NCBI GenBank assembly: GCA_965645245.1
Contig: OZ287080.1
Span: forward strand, 1,364,001-1,428,000
Length of the DNA: 64,000 nt
Source of the DNA: Massalongia carnosa
Taxonomy: Eukaryota
Reading direction: 5' to 3'
Positions 23,208 through 36,667 of the stretch are shown here, one piece after another (positions within the stretch are counted from its first letter, which is position 1; every line of letters starts with the position of its first letter). A program made the translations under genes and the position numbers. Below the pieces are notes generated by a model, which searched no databases, was not told the DNA's origin, and worked only from the letters and a program-made list of their open reading frames with translations.

Positions 23208-24588
23208 ATGGTCAACGTCTTTGCTGTCCCAGGTATATAAGCCGCCCACCAAGAATGATGCGCTAGCTGATATCAATTCTCCCTTTTAGTTTTCTTCATC
23301 TGTTTCCGGGAGACACTCGAGACAGGTATTATTGTCTCGGTACTACTGGCATTTCTTAAGCAGTCTCTCGGACCGAATCGGGATGCTGTGACTTACAAGA
23401 AGCTGGTTCGGCAGGTAAGGCGATTTGTTTTGAAGGATCGAGATAGTTGAATGAGCTAAGAATCTCCAAGGTATGGCTTGGGACTGGAATCGGACTAGCG
23501 ATCTGCATTATAGTCGGTGCTGGTTTGATCGGAGCATTTTACGGCCTTGGGAAAGACCACTGGGCTGGTACTGAAAACATCTGGGAAGGTGCCTTTGGTC
23601 TTTTCGCATCGCTGATCATCACATTGATGGGCGCGGCACTCCTCCGTGTCTCTAAACTTCAGGACAAATGGCGTGTCAAGCTTGCAAAAGCTCTCGAAAC
23701 CAAGGACAGCACGCACAGCAGCACATTGACTGGCCGCTTTAAGCGATGGTGCGAGAGATATGCCATGTTCATGTTACCGTTCATTACTGTTCTCCGAGAA
23801 GGCCTTGAGGCTGTCGTTTTCATCGGAGGTGTAAGCTTGGGTCTACCAGCCTCTTCCTTTCCAATCCCAGTAATAACCGGAATCATCTGCGGCACCCTGA
23901 TTGGATATTTCATCTATAAGTATGGAACATCTGTCACGATCTTTACAGGATGGAGTGACTAACGCAAAACTCAGAGGAGGTAATTTTGCTTCCATACAGG
24001 TGTTCTTGATCATCTCGACATGTTTCTTGTATCTCGTTGCATCAGGCCTCTTCTCCAGGGCCGTATGGCTATTTGAAATGGACAGGGTAAGTAATTCGGC
24101 TCTACCAAGAATATAATATTGATCGCCGGAAGTGGAACAAAATTATTGGCGGTAATGCCGCGGAAACTGGATCAGGTCCAGGCTCATATGACATCCGCAA
24201 TAGCGTTTGGCATGTTAATGTCAGTGCTGTCAATAAACTCATATTTTGCGGGAGAGAGTAACCGCTGACGGCCAAAACACAGTGCTGTAGCCCAATGGTC
24301 AATGGCGGCGGTGGGTGGGGCATTTTCAATGCACTCTTCGGCTGGCAAAATTCAGCAACCAATGGCTCTGTTATTTCGTATAACGTCTATTGGATTGCCA
24401 TTGTTGTTGGGTTTGCCTTGTTAGGGTATAATGAGAAGGCTGGCCATTGGCCATTGGTGAAGCCGATGAAGCTATCAACGAGAAACGACAGTGAGACCAC
24501 AAGCGATGAAGAAGGCGGTATGGTCAACCCTCCGAGGGTCGTGGATAAAAATGGTATGCATGCTAGAGTATCCCACGCTATATCCTGA
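23208..24588 (+). CDS. ftrA: High-affinity iron permease (Ftr1/FtrA), multi-exon
   Basis: [19 protein letters not shown] and LREGLE (two RExLE motifs), [23 protein letters not shown]. Confidence 0.95.
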
Positions 24589-25403
24589 GCGTTCATTACT
24601 GCCTCTCAGGAATACGAAGTGGATTTGGCGACTGTCGGAGCTGAAATTTAACTGTTGCTGAAGACTTTCGCGGTGAATAGGCTGGCTGGGCTATTGCGAA
24701 GGAAATTTTGGTGTTACTGGTCCTTTGGGGTCTACAGAGTATATATCCTTATCTTAGCAGAGGGTGGCTAGAAACAAAGTATATGGAATTATGTTTCTTG
24801 CGGATTTCAACGCAGCTAAGGGACTCGAGAAATAGCCCTAGAGTCGTGTGGATTTCAGATCTCGTAAGAAATGATCGTGATGAATGGAGGATCATTTTCC
24901 TATCAAATGACGAGCGATGACCTACGGAATTAGATTAATGATGATTGGTCGAAACTAAGCGAGTGATAATTACTCGAGCTGCCACCTTCACAGAAGTAGA
25001 GGCTTTTGATTTTGATTTTGATTTTCACCTCTTCCGCTACGAGCACCTTGTAGTGGTAACTGGGCTTTGTTCAGTGCGCTCACTAAGAATTTGGATGGCT
25101 TTTGATTAACGACTGCCAGACACCCCCTATGCGATCATTGCTGCTGACTTTGCCGACATGGCTTGCCCCGTATCGGTAGGAGCTATAAGATGTCTCTGGT
25201 ATTGAGTTTTTCGTGTCTGACTTCACTTCTATATCTAGCAGTGCCTGAGCCTGAATTATTTTCTCTGCAGAAGCAGTCACGTTCCTCAACCTTAAGCCAA
25301 GTGCCCTCTTTTGACAGACCCCATTTTCTATGCGCGTCAATTTCCGCGATCTAAAGGCTGAATAAGGAAATATTCGTCTGCTGTTGGAGACACTACAACG
25401 AGC

Positions 25404-26722
25404 ATGGATCATCGAAAGTCGAATTGCGAAAGGCAATCACGCCCTTCTTCAGAAGAGCTCATTTTCCCAGCAATTGTCATCAATATTGATCCGAGTGGCG
25501 AGCTCCTGCTACAGAAGAAGCACGATGACCAGTCCATTCGCCTCTACCAAGTCTCTTTGATAAGTTTACGCTGTACATCTGCTTATTTCAATGCTTTGTT
25601 GGACCCCGATAAATTTAGCGAAGGTGCTGCTATACGTACAAAGTTGGCTGAACAGTTACACGCGCTGCGCCGGTATTCGATTTACCTCGAGTTACAATTC
25701 TGGATATTGGACAAGTTCCCCAAGGAAAATTATCCGAAGCAGCGTTCAAGCAATTTCTTAGTATATTGCACACTCCTAAATCCTCTTCTCCAGCTCCACG
25801 TACCCACTTCATATGTACTCTTGCTTTACTAGCTGATTGATTTGAAGCTACGGCTGTCGTTTCATTATATGTTATAAATAATGACTGGAAAACGAGACCG
25901 GCCAAGCAGGATAGAACTGCTAAGTCAGGCGTACAATTAGAGGTGTTTCGGCGGCAAAGACTGCTAATTGGCTTATTACTTGGTTTTCGTGACTGGGTTT
26001 TCCAGTATAGTTCAGAGTTGATATACCAAGGTTCAGAGAGATGGAAATCAGATCTGACTAATGATGATGAGAAACAACCTTGGTGGTATTTGCCCAATAG
26101 TGTAGAAGGTATGCGCATCAAACGAAGAAGCGCTGGATGCAATTGGAAGTTAATTGATCGCAGAAGAACTTGTTCGTCGGCGGGAATGTATATTTGCGAC
26201 ATTAGGGTCAATTCAAAGTCACTTCCTTAATCTGTACTCGTAGGCTTCGAAAATCCCATAATGTAGATTAGGATACGACTCCTCGTGGCAATGCGACTCC
26301 TTTCAACTTGGCGAAATGGTACGTTTCTTCACACGGAAAGGCACGCTGAGCCTGCAAAATTCGTTTTTCCTACCCAAAGATACGACGCAATACAATGGCA
26401 ACATCGATGAGCTTGTTTCCGTTCTGCGGCAATGTCCTAAGTATCAAATTGAAAAGTACCATTCGCATTGCGGACCCCACACCAAGCTCCTCCCAGCGCT
26501 CGTGACTATTTGCCTGCCTTGTCACACACGGGTATATGCCTCTGGTGCTGGAAAGGAAATCGCAGGGAGGACAGTTGGCTAGAGAATCCTACCAAAGGGA
26601 AGTGGTCCTTTCTGCTGCCCTTGCCCGGCCTCAGCACGCTGTCCACCGAGTGCCGTGGCCATGAAAGTATCAAGGCGATCTGCACAGCCGATGCAAGAGA
26701 CTGGACACCTCCCATCTCATAA
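25404..26722 (+). pseudogene. BTB/POZ-domain gene, disrupted
   Basis: IDPSGELLL...YQVS...SAYFNALLDPDKFSEG, followed by a frameshift near 25650, AD*FEA, and further stops and shifts before CDSFQLGEMVRFF. Confidence 0.7.
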
Positions 26723-27045
26723 TTGTCGTTCATATCCAAGGCGACATGTGGCCATTCATACAAGCAATTTGCAACCTCTATCGTCAATCAAGGCCATATT
26801 TATTTCACCTGGTGTGCCTACAGAGGGACCCATACCAAGACCTTGAAAATTAATGGTAATACGAAAGTTTTGGCATCCTGAATTTAGTTTCCAGATCTTT
26901 AATTGAGTTGGCCGCCTTACAAAGCATCGTGGAGAAGTACATTTACATAGCCGATTGAGAGGGCTGTTGGTGTATCTCAAGCCTCCCTTTGTAAGAAAAA
27001 AGCTATGAGCTATTGAATGATTTTGTGGAGTTGCGATCGCACGTA

Positions 27046-27847
27046 TGCCTCAGTACCTCAGACGTGCGTGGGCACGTAGGGTATATCCTGCCCTCCGGGT
27101 TACGGGATTTTCTGCTAGGAAGAGACCGGTGCTTGCTTGGTAAATCTAGCACGCTTTCAAGCCAGACTACACAGTAACTGTCAATTTGCTGATCATCACC
27201 AAAATGTGGCTCTTGCGTAACTATTTCGCTAAGCTCCTTCGGATTAGCGTCCCAGCTGACTAACGTGGCTGCGATAGCACGTCTGAGGGCAAAACTAAAT
27301 ATTACGGTCAGATATTCGTAATAAATCGTGTATTATTGCGATTTTTCGACATTTCGACATTTTGACGTCTTGCTTTTTCGCTTGACACGGGCTATTGCTT
27401 CGAAAGAATTCAAGTAGAATTTGTATAGAAAGTTTCCTGAAATTCCTGTTCGTTGTAAAGTTCATGTGGGGCAATCTGATTGCCCTTCGCATAGAAATCG
27501 AGAATCGACTTAACGAAAATAACAAGATGTATGTAAAACTGCTCTGCACGTTATAAACATAATAAAGATTGAAATTTATAACGAAAAAATCAAAAATACA
27601 TTGATCATGATCATATCAAGCGACGACGACGTCACAAACATGAAAACAATGAAGTTGTGACGTTGTTCTATAAGGTCGAAATCGTTCTTGTCATGATCGT
27701 TAAGCCATATCTGACCGTAATCTTGAGTTTTGGGCTTAGACTTGCTACAGATGTGCTGCGTAGTCAGCCTGTTAACCCGAAGGGGCTTAACGTTCTGTAA
27801 GGCTAACCCGAAGGGGCTTAGCAGGGCACGTCTGAGGTAGTGAGGCA
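27046..27847. mobile_element. Non-autonomous TIR element (MITE-like, ~800 bp)
   Basis: TGCCTCAGTACCTCAGACGTGC at 27046 and GCACGTCTGAGGTAGTGAGGCA at 27826-27847 form a 22-bp inverted repeat with 1 mismatch. An internal extra GCACGTCTGAGG lies near 27278, with a subterminal direct repeat TAACCCGAAGGGGCTTA x2. No recognisable transposase. Confidence 0.6.
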
Positions 27848-28379
27848 AGTGATTAGGTGGGCTTAGATATTGGGGCAATGTTACGCTTACGTTACCACAC
27901 CCTAATTCGTTAAGAAGTCTGTTCGCCTTCTGCACAGCAAGATTTTTGACTCCGAAGGCTTTTCGATGAGTTTAGTGTATAGAGAAATCAGCACCTCCGC
28001 CGTTTAATATCCCACCTTCAAAGCATAACGTTCATCTCCTAGGCTCTTGCCAAGGCATTATGAAAGGAATAGCAAACAAGAGGGAGGAAACCTTTTGAGT
28101 CCAGTAGTAATTCTTCCATCCACGTTGCTTCTTATATAGAGTATTTATTTATCTAACAATCAACCATTGCCCAAGGAATAAATCGTGCTCTCTACCTATC
28201 CCCACCAGTTCTTACACATCGCCTGCCGTTGTCGTTTGGATTTAAGGTACAGTTGAGCTATTTGCTATCATTCTTGTCGTGGTCTGTTTGCACTTGAAAT
28301 ATTGTCATTCGTCCTTGCTCGTCCAACCCGCTCACAGGTTAAAACCCAACAACATAATAGATTCTCCCGATCCGCGAAC

Positions 28380-29382
28380 ATGCCTTTCTCTTCCCTATTC
28401 AAAAGCAAAGACTCTAGCCTTCGCACCCCCAATCCTTCTCGAACTCTAAGTTTTCGATCAACATCCAAAACGCCTTCCAGCTCTCCCTTCAACAATCTTT
28501 TCACCTCTTCGGCAAACAGTAAGCCCAGTATGTCCCGTGCTCTTTTCTTCCGCTCACTCCATCATCAAGCTAACCCCTCTTACAGGGGCGCAGAGCCGCA
28601 ACACCTTTTTAGACACTACATCAGATGCTCCACCCGTCTACACGCCGGAAGCACCATCCACAAGCCATGTCCAAACTTATATTTCCCAGCCCGGCGTTTT
28701 TGACGGAGATGACCCTTTTGCCTTTCTCGCCAAGTTTGATACCGTTTTCTTGATCGATGACTCCGGCAGCATGGCCGGCCGCTATTGGAAAGAAACTCGC
28801 GATGCCCTCAAAGCAATCACACCGATCTGCACTGACCGCGACCCGGACGGCATCGACATTTACTTCCTCAATACACCAGATAGACCCGAATTCCGCAACA
28901 TCAAGAAGCCGAACGCCGTAGACCAAATTTTCAAGCAAGTCAAACCACATGGAGGCACCCCCACCGGCGATCGGCTTTGGGACATCCTCGAACCCTACCT
29001 CAATGATTTAAAGAAGCGAGGCGCAAAAGCGGTCAAGCCCCTCAATATCATAGTGATCACCGATGGCGTTCCGACTGATGATCCAGAGCAGACCATCATC
29101 GACACAGCCCAATTGTTGGATGAGTGGAAGTGTCGGTCATCACAGGTTGGCATCCAATTCTTCCAAGTAGGCAACGATGAGAGAGCCACAAAGTTATTAA
29201 TAGATATGGACGACAACCTAGCGGGAAGAGGTAAAGGCTGCAGAGATATAGTGGATACAGTGCCATTTTCCGATAAGAATGGAGTCGGTTTGAACGGGGA
29301 AGGGATTATGAAAGTCGTTCTGGGTGCTGTTAATAAAAGGCTAGACCGACAAGCCAACAACGGTGAGATAAGGCAGTTATGA
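28380..29382 (+). CDS. von Willebrand factor A (vWA) domain protein; exons 28380-28518 and 28586-29382
   Basis: FLIDDSGSM (MIDAS), GGTPTG, IIVITDG, GIQFFQVG; intron GTAAGC...GCTAAC...TACAG joins the frames. Confidence 0.88.
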
Positions 29383-30793
29383 TACTGGCCGAGAAGCATA
29401 AGAAAGTGGCAAGTGTTTGTTTTCAGCAAGCACCGACTGAATCTACTCTATGAAAAATGTTTCGACTGAGGCCCTTATACGGATTTCTTATTTCAGTTTC
29501 CTACTCAGTGATTAGAAATGGGGAGTAACATATTAGCTAGTTTCTATTGCTGAAGATTGGGGGGAAGGTTTGTTTCGTTTCTGTTAGGTGGCGAAAAGTA
29601 GCCCCTATTTTATATTCAATGTGAAAAAGCCATTACGAAGCAGACTCGATTTTTCAAACTTTAAATCGCCTTTTGTTCCGTTCGCATACGAAAGACAGAA
29701 ATGTAACGTACGCTTCCTGTTTTGCTCCCAGTTTTATCGTAGAGGCAGCGAGAAAAAATGGTCCAGATATAAGCCCGGGTTGATTCGCTCCTTAGCCGAT
29801 ACAACACCTTCCTCTATTTTAAAAATGACAACGAGCGGGCAAAAGGATATTAGAGCAAATTCAATGATGAGTATGAGCCATTCCCATAGCGCGATTATGG
29901 GCTTTAGCTAGGTACCTAGGGCATAGGTTATCTAAGCGTGTTTGAACCATGGGCCTTATCACAAAGGCTAGGGTGCTTTAAAAAACATTTCCTATATCCA
30001 ACATATGTTTTATTCCAGCCTTTTCTTACAGCTTCATCTTTAATATATAACTCCAAAGATTTCCTCTTCAAGAGCGTCACTCCGCAATCTTTTGTGGCCA
30101 CAAATACGAAGAAACTATTGGTGCGGTGCAGAGGGACGAAAAAGTGGTTGATACCCTGCAGTATTAGTCGGGAACTTGATCAGCAAGGTCTTGATGGAAG
30201 ACGAATACTTTAGTGGAATCTTGTCACCCGGGATACTTAAGGACTATCTTCAGGATATCCTAGTGACGCTTCCTCAAATCATGCATGTCAATATTCCACC
30301 TGGTCTTTGGAGAAGCATGTAAGCCGGGGAGTGGCAAACTCTGCGAGGGGTTCTGCGCAGTTCAAAGGATTCTAGCTATACTAGACAAGAGCAGCCATGA
30401 ATGCAGTTTGAAACCCAAAAAAGCATAGGACTTTCATTGAGTGCTAAGCGCCCGAAAAAGCAGCAAAGCTTCTTCCCTTTCCACATAAAAGAGGATATGC
30501 TACTAAATGTACATTGATGCAGGAACTTCCCAGCTGCAGGGATTTTTATTAGTGTTTGGAGAACTCGAAATTGGTTAGGAGGATGGTTTTTGTGCCCTGC
30601 GATAGTGTTAATGTACATCCTTATCGACTTTCGCAGCGCTCCGGAATTTGGGATCCAACAAGACTTTTCCAACCCTGCACCTCCTCACCCCTTCCAACAA
30701 TATCGCCATCCCTAATCCATCCCACCTCTGACCGCACCGGAACTCGGCTATACATCAGCTATACACGCATTGCGTAGCACGTGTTCTGCTAGT

Positions 30794-31742
30794 GCATGCT
30801 AGTGACAAAAAACGCTAACACCAAAAATTTCGTTTGCTGTCTATCTTGCATGCTATTTACATTAAACAATTCATCATCCAGTTATTTTACCTTTCTTATC
30901 AAGCACATCATCGAATTTCCTGAGCATTTTAATGAAAAGATGAGTCAAAGAGTGTATATTGACTTCATTTTGGAACCTGTGGTCAAGTCATGGCTTGAAA
31001 AAGGTGATGATTTTATTTTGGAAGAGGATGGAAACTCCTCCGGACATGGCTCAGGAAAAGACAACATCGTACGAAGATGGAAAGACGAGCATCAGTTGAA
31101 ACACTTCTTCAATTGTCCTCATTCTTCCGATCTTTCACCGATTGAAAATTGCTGACAGGTGCCCAAGCAAGTCGTTGGTCGTCAATCTCATTAGAATGGT
31201 CAAACCACAACTGCTGCAATCAAAGAAGGATGAGAGAAGCTTTCTCAGAGCAAGATCAACGAATGGATAGCATCAATGCTCAAAAGAATTGATAATGTGC
31301 TTGATACTGTGGCGGGGCCACACATGCTATATAAATGATCAGGTGACAAGACAGGCCTGTGCAGCCGAGAGTGGGAATAAAAAGTTTTTTTTTGCTGGCG
31401 TTTTCTCGCACATCTCGAAGAACATTCTCACATACATCTCAACACATCATCTTTGTCACATAGTCATAGTGACAACACATTCATTTGTGCAGTCGTCTAG
31501 TCGAGTTCATCACATCTCTAGTCAGCCGTATACCCATTCGATCATTTGTGTGTTCACTGCTCATTTGATCATCTATCTATCACGTCGCACCTCCTTTCAT
31601 TAGCACGCATCTTTGCCATTCATCACCCATTCTCAATATGAAAGGTAAAATGACTGGATGATGAATTGTTTAATGTAAATAGCATGCAACATAGACAGCA
31701 AGCGAAAATTTTGGTGTTCGCGTTTTTTTGTCACTAGCGTGC
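30794..31742 (+). mobile_element. Internally deleted Tc1-family (DD37E/TRT-like) element with ~100-bp TIRs
   Basis: Inverted repeats 30794-30896 and 31640-31742. Only the C-terminal catalytic fragment remains: LEEDGNSSGHG...FFNCPHSSDLSPIENC*. Confidence 0.85.
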
Positions 31743-33067
31743 GGTGTTACAATTGCTCTTTTTCGGTGATAGGTTTTTCCAGTTTCTTTGCGGGCACGCG
31801 GGGACCAAAATTGTCGAGACACTAAACTTTTCACCCCACCAAAAAACCTGTCATCATCAAATAACTTATTCAGTATGCAACGTCAGCAATGGTTCTGAGT
31901 ATGCCTCCACAACTGGAAGATGTTTTGGACGGTGACGGAGGGGTGACAGGTCATTAGTAGCAATTTTATGATCGTCTTGTATGTAGATAAATTGAAGTTT
32001 TGGTGGGTTTTGTTGAATTTTGGCATCGCGACAATTTTTGGTCCCTGCGTGGCAGAGTACTCCTGTGATGCAAAGAGATTGGGTATTGGAGTTGAAGTTT
32101 GATAGGCGTGAGTGTCTTCCCTGAGGTGGATGAACAACAGAGGTTGTTGCGGACAGATACCCTAGTATCTAATGTGTTGCAGCACTCATAGTACCCAGAG
32201 TCAAGAGCAAGAACATTTTGGAGAAGCAGGCCCAATCTCAAAGGTGGGTGACGAACACCTTAAATCTATCATCAGACCACAGCCATGCAAGGAGAAAAGT
32301 GGCTGATCATGAGTTTAAGTACCCGATTCAATTAATAATAAAGCTGGCAAAGTCATCATGTCCGCTTCTCAAGAGTGGTATTCGAGCCTTTTTGACCGAA
32401 AAAATCCACACAGCTTCACAGGCGTCTTTACACGCAAGGCAAACCTACTACCATGAGATTTGCAAACAAAAATAAATAGTCCACTATGGCGGAAGGCAAA
32501 GGGATATGATTCGTTCATTCCCGCTAACGTCTAGTGGTTAGTAACGATTCAAGTCATAGATCTGCAAATCCACTTCTACCATAGTATCCAATTTTTCCTA
32601 AAATTCTGTTTTTTTGTTTTTTTAATATTTTGTTAAAGTTATCGGCCTTTTGTGTCTTTGATTCATCACTTTAGCAGTTGCGCTCGCTGCACCATGACAG
32701 TTTATTCCGGTTACACGCTTGAGATGCAGGCTGAACTTAATATATTGTTTGCCATCGCAATCCTATGAATGAGCCTATGCCAAGTCCAAATTAAAATGTC
32801 TGCTTCCCGTTCACTCTTTCATCCGATTTACCCGTTGCATAATGCATGCATGCTATCACTCGCTTCGATGCGTCCAATTCTGTTATCACATTTATATTTA
32901 GACCTGAAGGAGGCGGCTAATTGCAGCCTTGCCAGCTCCGCTCAATATGATCCTGTCTTTCATCTAGAACAGGAAACTCTGCTCCATCATCATGCAGATA
33001 TTACTTCCTGGATAGTATAGCATTTTTTTATTTTCTTTAAATCAGCATTAAAGTTATCGCCATTACT

Positions 33068-36000
33068 ATGAGTTTTGGATTCAGCGTGGGCGACTTCATC
33101 GCCGTGTCCAGGCTTGTCAGCGATATCCAAAGTCGATTGAGGAATGCTCCAGATCAATTTAAAGCAGTATCTGCTGAGTGGGTTCCATCAAAGTCGATCA
33201 TTTCTTTCAGTCTACTTTGTTTGATAGAGTTAGGAGTCTTTCGGATATTCTCTGCGACTTAGAAAATGTTTTAAACAAGCGAAGTCTTACCGCGCGCCAG
33301 AAACAAGATTTGCATAGTATCGTTGAAGGATGTCGCGACGTCCTAATTGACCTGAATAAGGTGATGGACAAATATCATTGCTTGATCGTTAGTCCTAAAA
33401 GCCTTGGCGACAAATCTCAAAGACTATGGAAGAAGTTGAGATGGGAAATCCGATCACATAACGGAACTTCGTTCACGTATAATATCAAACATAAGCCTTC
33501 TGAATATTTTCAATGGAAGCCTAATCAAGTGAGAGATGCTCATTAGGTTAATCATTTCTATCTCGTTAACGATTCCAAGCAATATGTCTCATGCAACGAA
33601 AGACGGTGTGGATCGACTAAACAAGCATCAAGATGATAGGGAGCGGTTTATTGTTGAAGATTGGCTTTCATCCGCGGATTTCGCTGCACAGCAGACTGAC
33701 TTTATAAGTAGACGTCAAGAAGGGACCGGCCAATGGTTATTGAAATCTAACGAATTCAAAACCTGGCTTGATGGAACAAAAAAAACTCTATTCTGTCCCG
33801 GAATTCCAGGAGCTGGCAAGACAATCCTAACTTCCATTGTTATCGACCATCTTTGGACCAAATTTCAGGCTGATAGTAAGATCCGTATCGTGTACTTATA
33901 TTGTAGCTACAAAAGGCAGCAAGAGCAGAGCCTCAGAGATCTTATAGCTAGTTTGCTCAAGCAACTTGTCAAAGGACTCTCCGTCTTGCCAAACAACATA
34001 AAGAGTCCATATCGGCTTCATGTGGCAAGAGATACTCGCCCTTCGATTGACGAGTTTATAACTATACTTCATTCTGTCATTGACCGTTATTCCAAAATTT
34101 TCTTCGTCATTGATGCGCTTGATGAGTGTACCACCAGCGATAGAACTCGAGAACGGTTGCTGGAGCATATTTTCAAGATTCAGTCTTATACAACGGCGGC
34201 TTTATTCGTAACTTCGAGGTTTCTTCCTGAGATAACGGCAATATTTAAGAAAGAGATGTCGATAGAGATTCGTGCCAGCGCTGACGACGTCAGAAAATAT
34301 CTTGACACACGTATAACGGAGTTGTCCAGGTGTGTTTTACGGAACTCCGCTCTGCAGGATAACATCAAAACCGAAATTGTGAAGGCAGTTGACGGAATGT
34401 AGGTAATTTTACATCGTTCACAACAACTGAAGCAACTAATGATCAATTAGGTTTCTTCTAGCTCAGCTTCATTTGGACTCGCTTTCCGGAAAAACAACGC
34501 CCAAAGCCGTTAGGCTTGCGCTATCACAACTACCCAAAGGATCGAAAGCATTAGATGCTGCCTATGACGAAGCCTTAGAAAGAATTGAAGGCCAGAAACC
34601 AGGCTTTCCAGAGCTTGCTAAACGTGTCCTGTGCTGGATCACTTATACAAATCGGCAATTGACTGTTATGGAACTTCAGCATGCCTTAGCAATTGAGGTT
34701 GGCGAATTTGAGCTCGATGAAGAGAACTTTTGCGAGATTGAGGAAATGGTTTCCGTCTGCGCCGGGCTAGTGACAATTGATCCAGAAACAGACGTAATCC
34801 GCCTGGCTCATTATACGACCCAGGAATATTTTGAACGTATACAACCGCTATGGGCACCAGAGTTTCAAACCGACATTTCCATAGCTTGTCTAACCTATAT
34901 ATCTTTTACTACGTTTGAAATGGGTCCTTGTGTTAAGAATGAGGTTCTTCAAGCACGATTGCAACAGAACGTTTTTCTTTACTATGCTGCCGAGCATTGG
35001 GGGCACCATGTTCGTGCAGCTGCGAATGAAATTGTGAACGACTTTGCTTTTAGATTTCTCAATGACGATTTGAAAGCCTCTTGCTCCATTCAAGTACTAA
35101 TGCGCTATGGACAGGATTCATACCTTAAAAAATGATTTCTCTGGCTACGACCCTGGAAATCCTAACCGATTCACAGCGACACATCTTGCAGCATACTTTG
35201 CGCTAACGGAAGTAATGGGAGCTTTATTAAGAAGCGGTTACTCACCAGACGCAAAAGATGAGTATGGCAGAACGCCGCTAGCTTGGGCAGCCGCGTGCGG
35301 GCACGATTCAATGGTGAAGGTGCTATTGAAGCGTGCCGATGTTGATGCGGACTCGAAAGATCGTTACGAACGAACTCCGTTGGCCCAGGCAGCAGAATAT
35401 GGGCACGAGGCGGTGGTGAGATTGCTGATCGAGCGGGACGACGTCAATGTAGATTCAAAGACATAGAGGCCGAAAAAACGCCATTATCTAGAGCAGCAGA
35501 AAAGGGACACGAGGTAGTGGTGAATTTACTAATCAAGCGGGACGATGTCATAGTTGACTCAAAAGGCGCTAACGGACGAACACCGTTAGGTGAGGCGGCA
35601 AAAAATGGACACGAGGTAGTGGTTAAACTGCTGATTGAGCGTGACGACGTGAAAGCGGATTCGAACGATTTTTCTCATAATACGCCCTTATCTTGGGCGG
35701 TTAGGAATGGCCACGAAGCGGTGGCAAAACTTTTGCTGAAGCGGGACGACGTCAACGTAAATCCAAGAAATACGATGGGTGCAACACCGCTAGCTTCAGC
35801 GTGTTTTGCCGGGAACGAAGCAATGATTAGGCTGCTGATGGAACGAACCGATCTTGAGCTGAACTCAAGGAATAATAGCGGTTGCACGCCATTTTATGAA
35901 GCGGCATGGGGAGGGCACGAAAGAATAGTGAAATTGTTGATGGAACGAACCGATCTCCAGTTAGACACGAGAGATGATTATAATATAACGCCGTTGATTT

Positions 36001-36667
36001 CGGCGGCCCAAAGAGGGCATGAAAGGGTGGTGCAATTGCTGCTGGAACGAAACGAAGTCGACCCTAATTCTAGGAATGACAGAGGTGAGAGTCCGCTGAC
36101 TTCGGCAGCCCGGCATGGACACGGGGAGGTGGTGAAATTGCTGCTGGAACGAAAAGAGCTTGATCCTAATTCTAAAAATGACAAAGGTGAGACTCCACTG
36201 GCTTTGGCAGCTTGGCATGGGCGCGAGGAGTGGTGGCATTACTGCTGGAACGCAAGAACGTTGATTGGGATCCCCCGAATCGCGAAGGCGACACGCCGCT
36301 AGTGTCAGCAGCCGAAAATGGGTATGAACGAATAGTGAAATTGCTGCTAGAACGAAACAAAGTCAATCCAAATTTCAGAAGTAGCAGAGTCCGTCCCCCG
36401 CCTGATTTCGATGTCTGGGATGGACATGAGAGGCGGTGGAAATTGCTGAAGCCAAGCGACGGCACACCGCAGCGCATAGATGACAGAGGTAACACGCCGC
36501 TGACTTTCGCAGCCAAGAATGGGCACGAGGGAGTGGTAAAATTGCTGCTGGAACGAAAAGACGTCGATCCGAATCCCACAAATACCAAAGGTGAAACGCC
36601 GCTGGCTTTGGCAACCAAGTATGGGCGCGTGGGAGTGGTAAGGCTGCTGAAGCAATATATCTCCTAA
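33068..36667 (+). pseudogene. Fungal NLR-like gene: HeLo-like/SesA-type N-terminus, NACHT, ankyrin repeats; at least four frameshifts
   Basis: MSFGFSVGDF start, GTGQWLL, Walker A GIPGAGKT, Walker B VIDALDEC, RLAHYTTQEYF, more than 12 TPL..AA..GH ankyrin repeats. Frame breaks near 33447, 35130, 35465 and 36228. Confidence 0.85.

Noticed and set aside
32520..32575. tRNA-like GTCTAGTGGTTAG
   Set aside because: No T-loop GTTCRA or acceptor stem.
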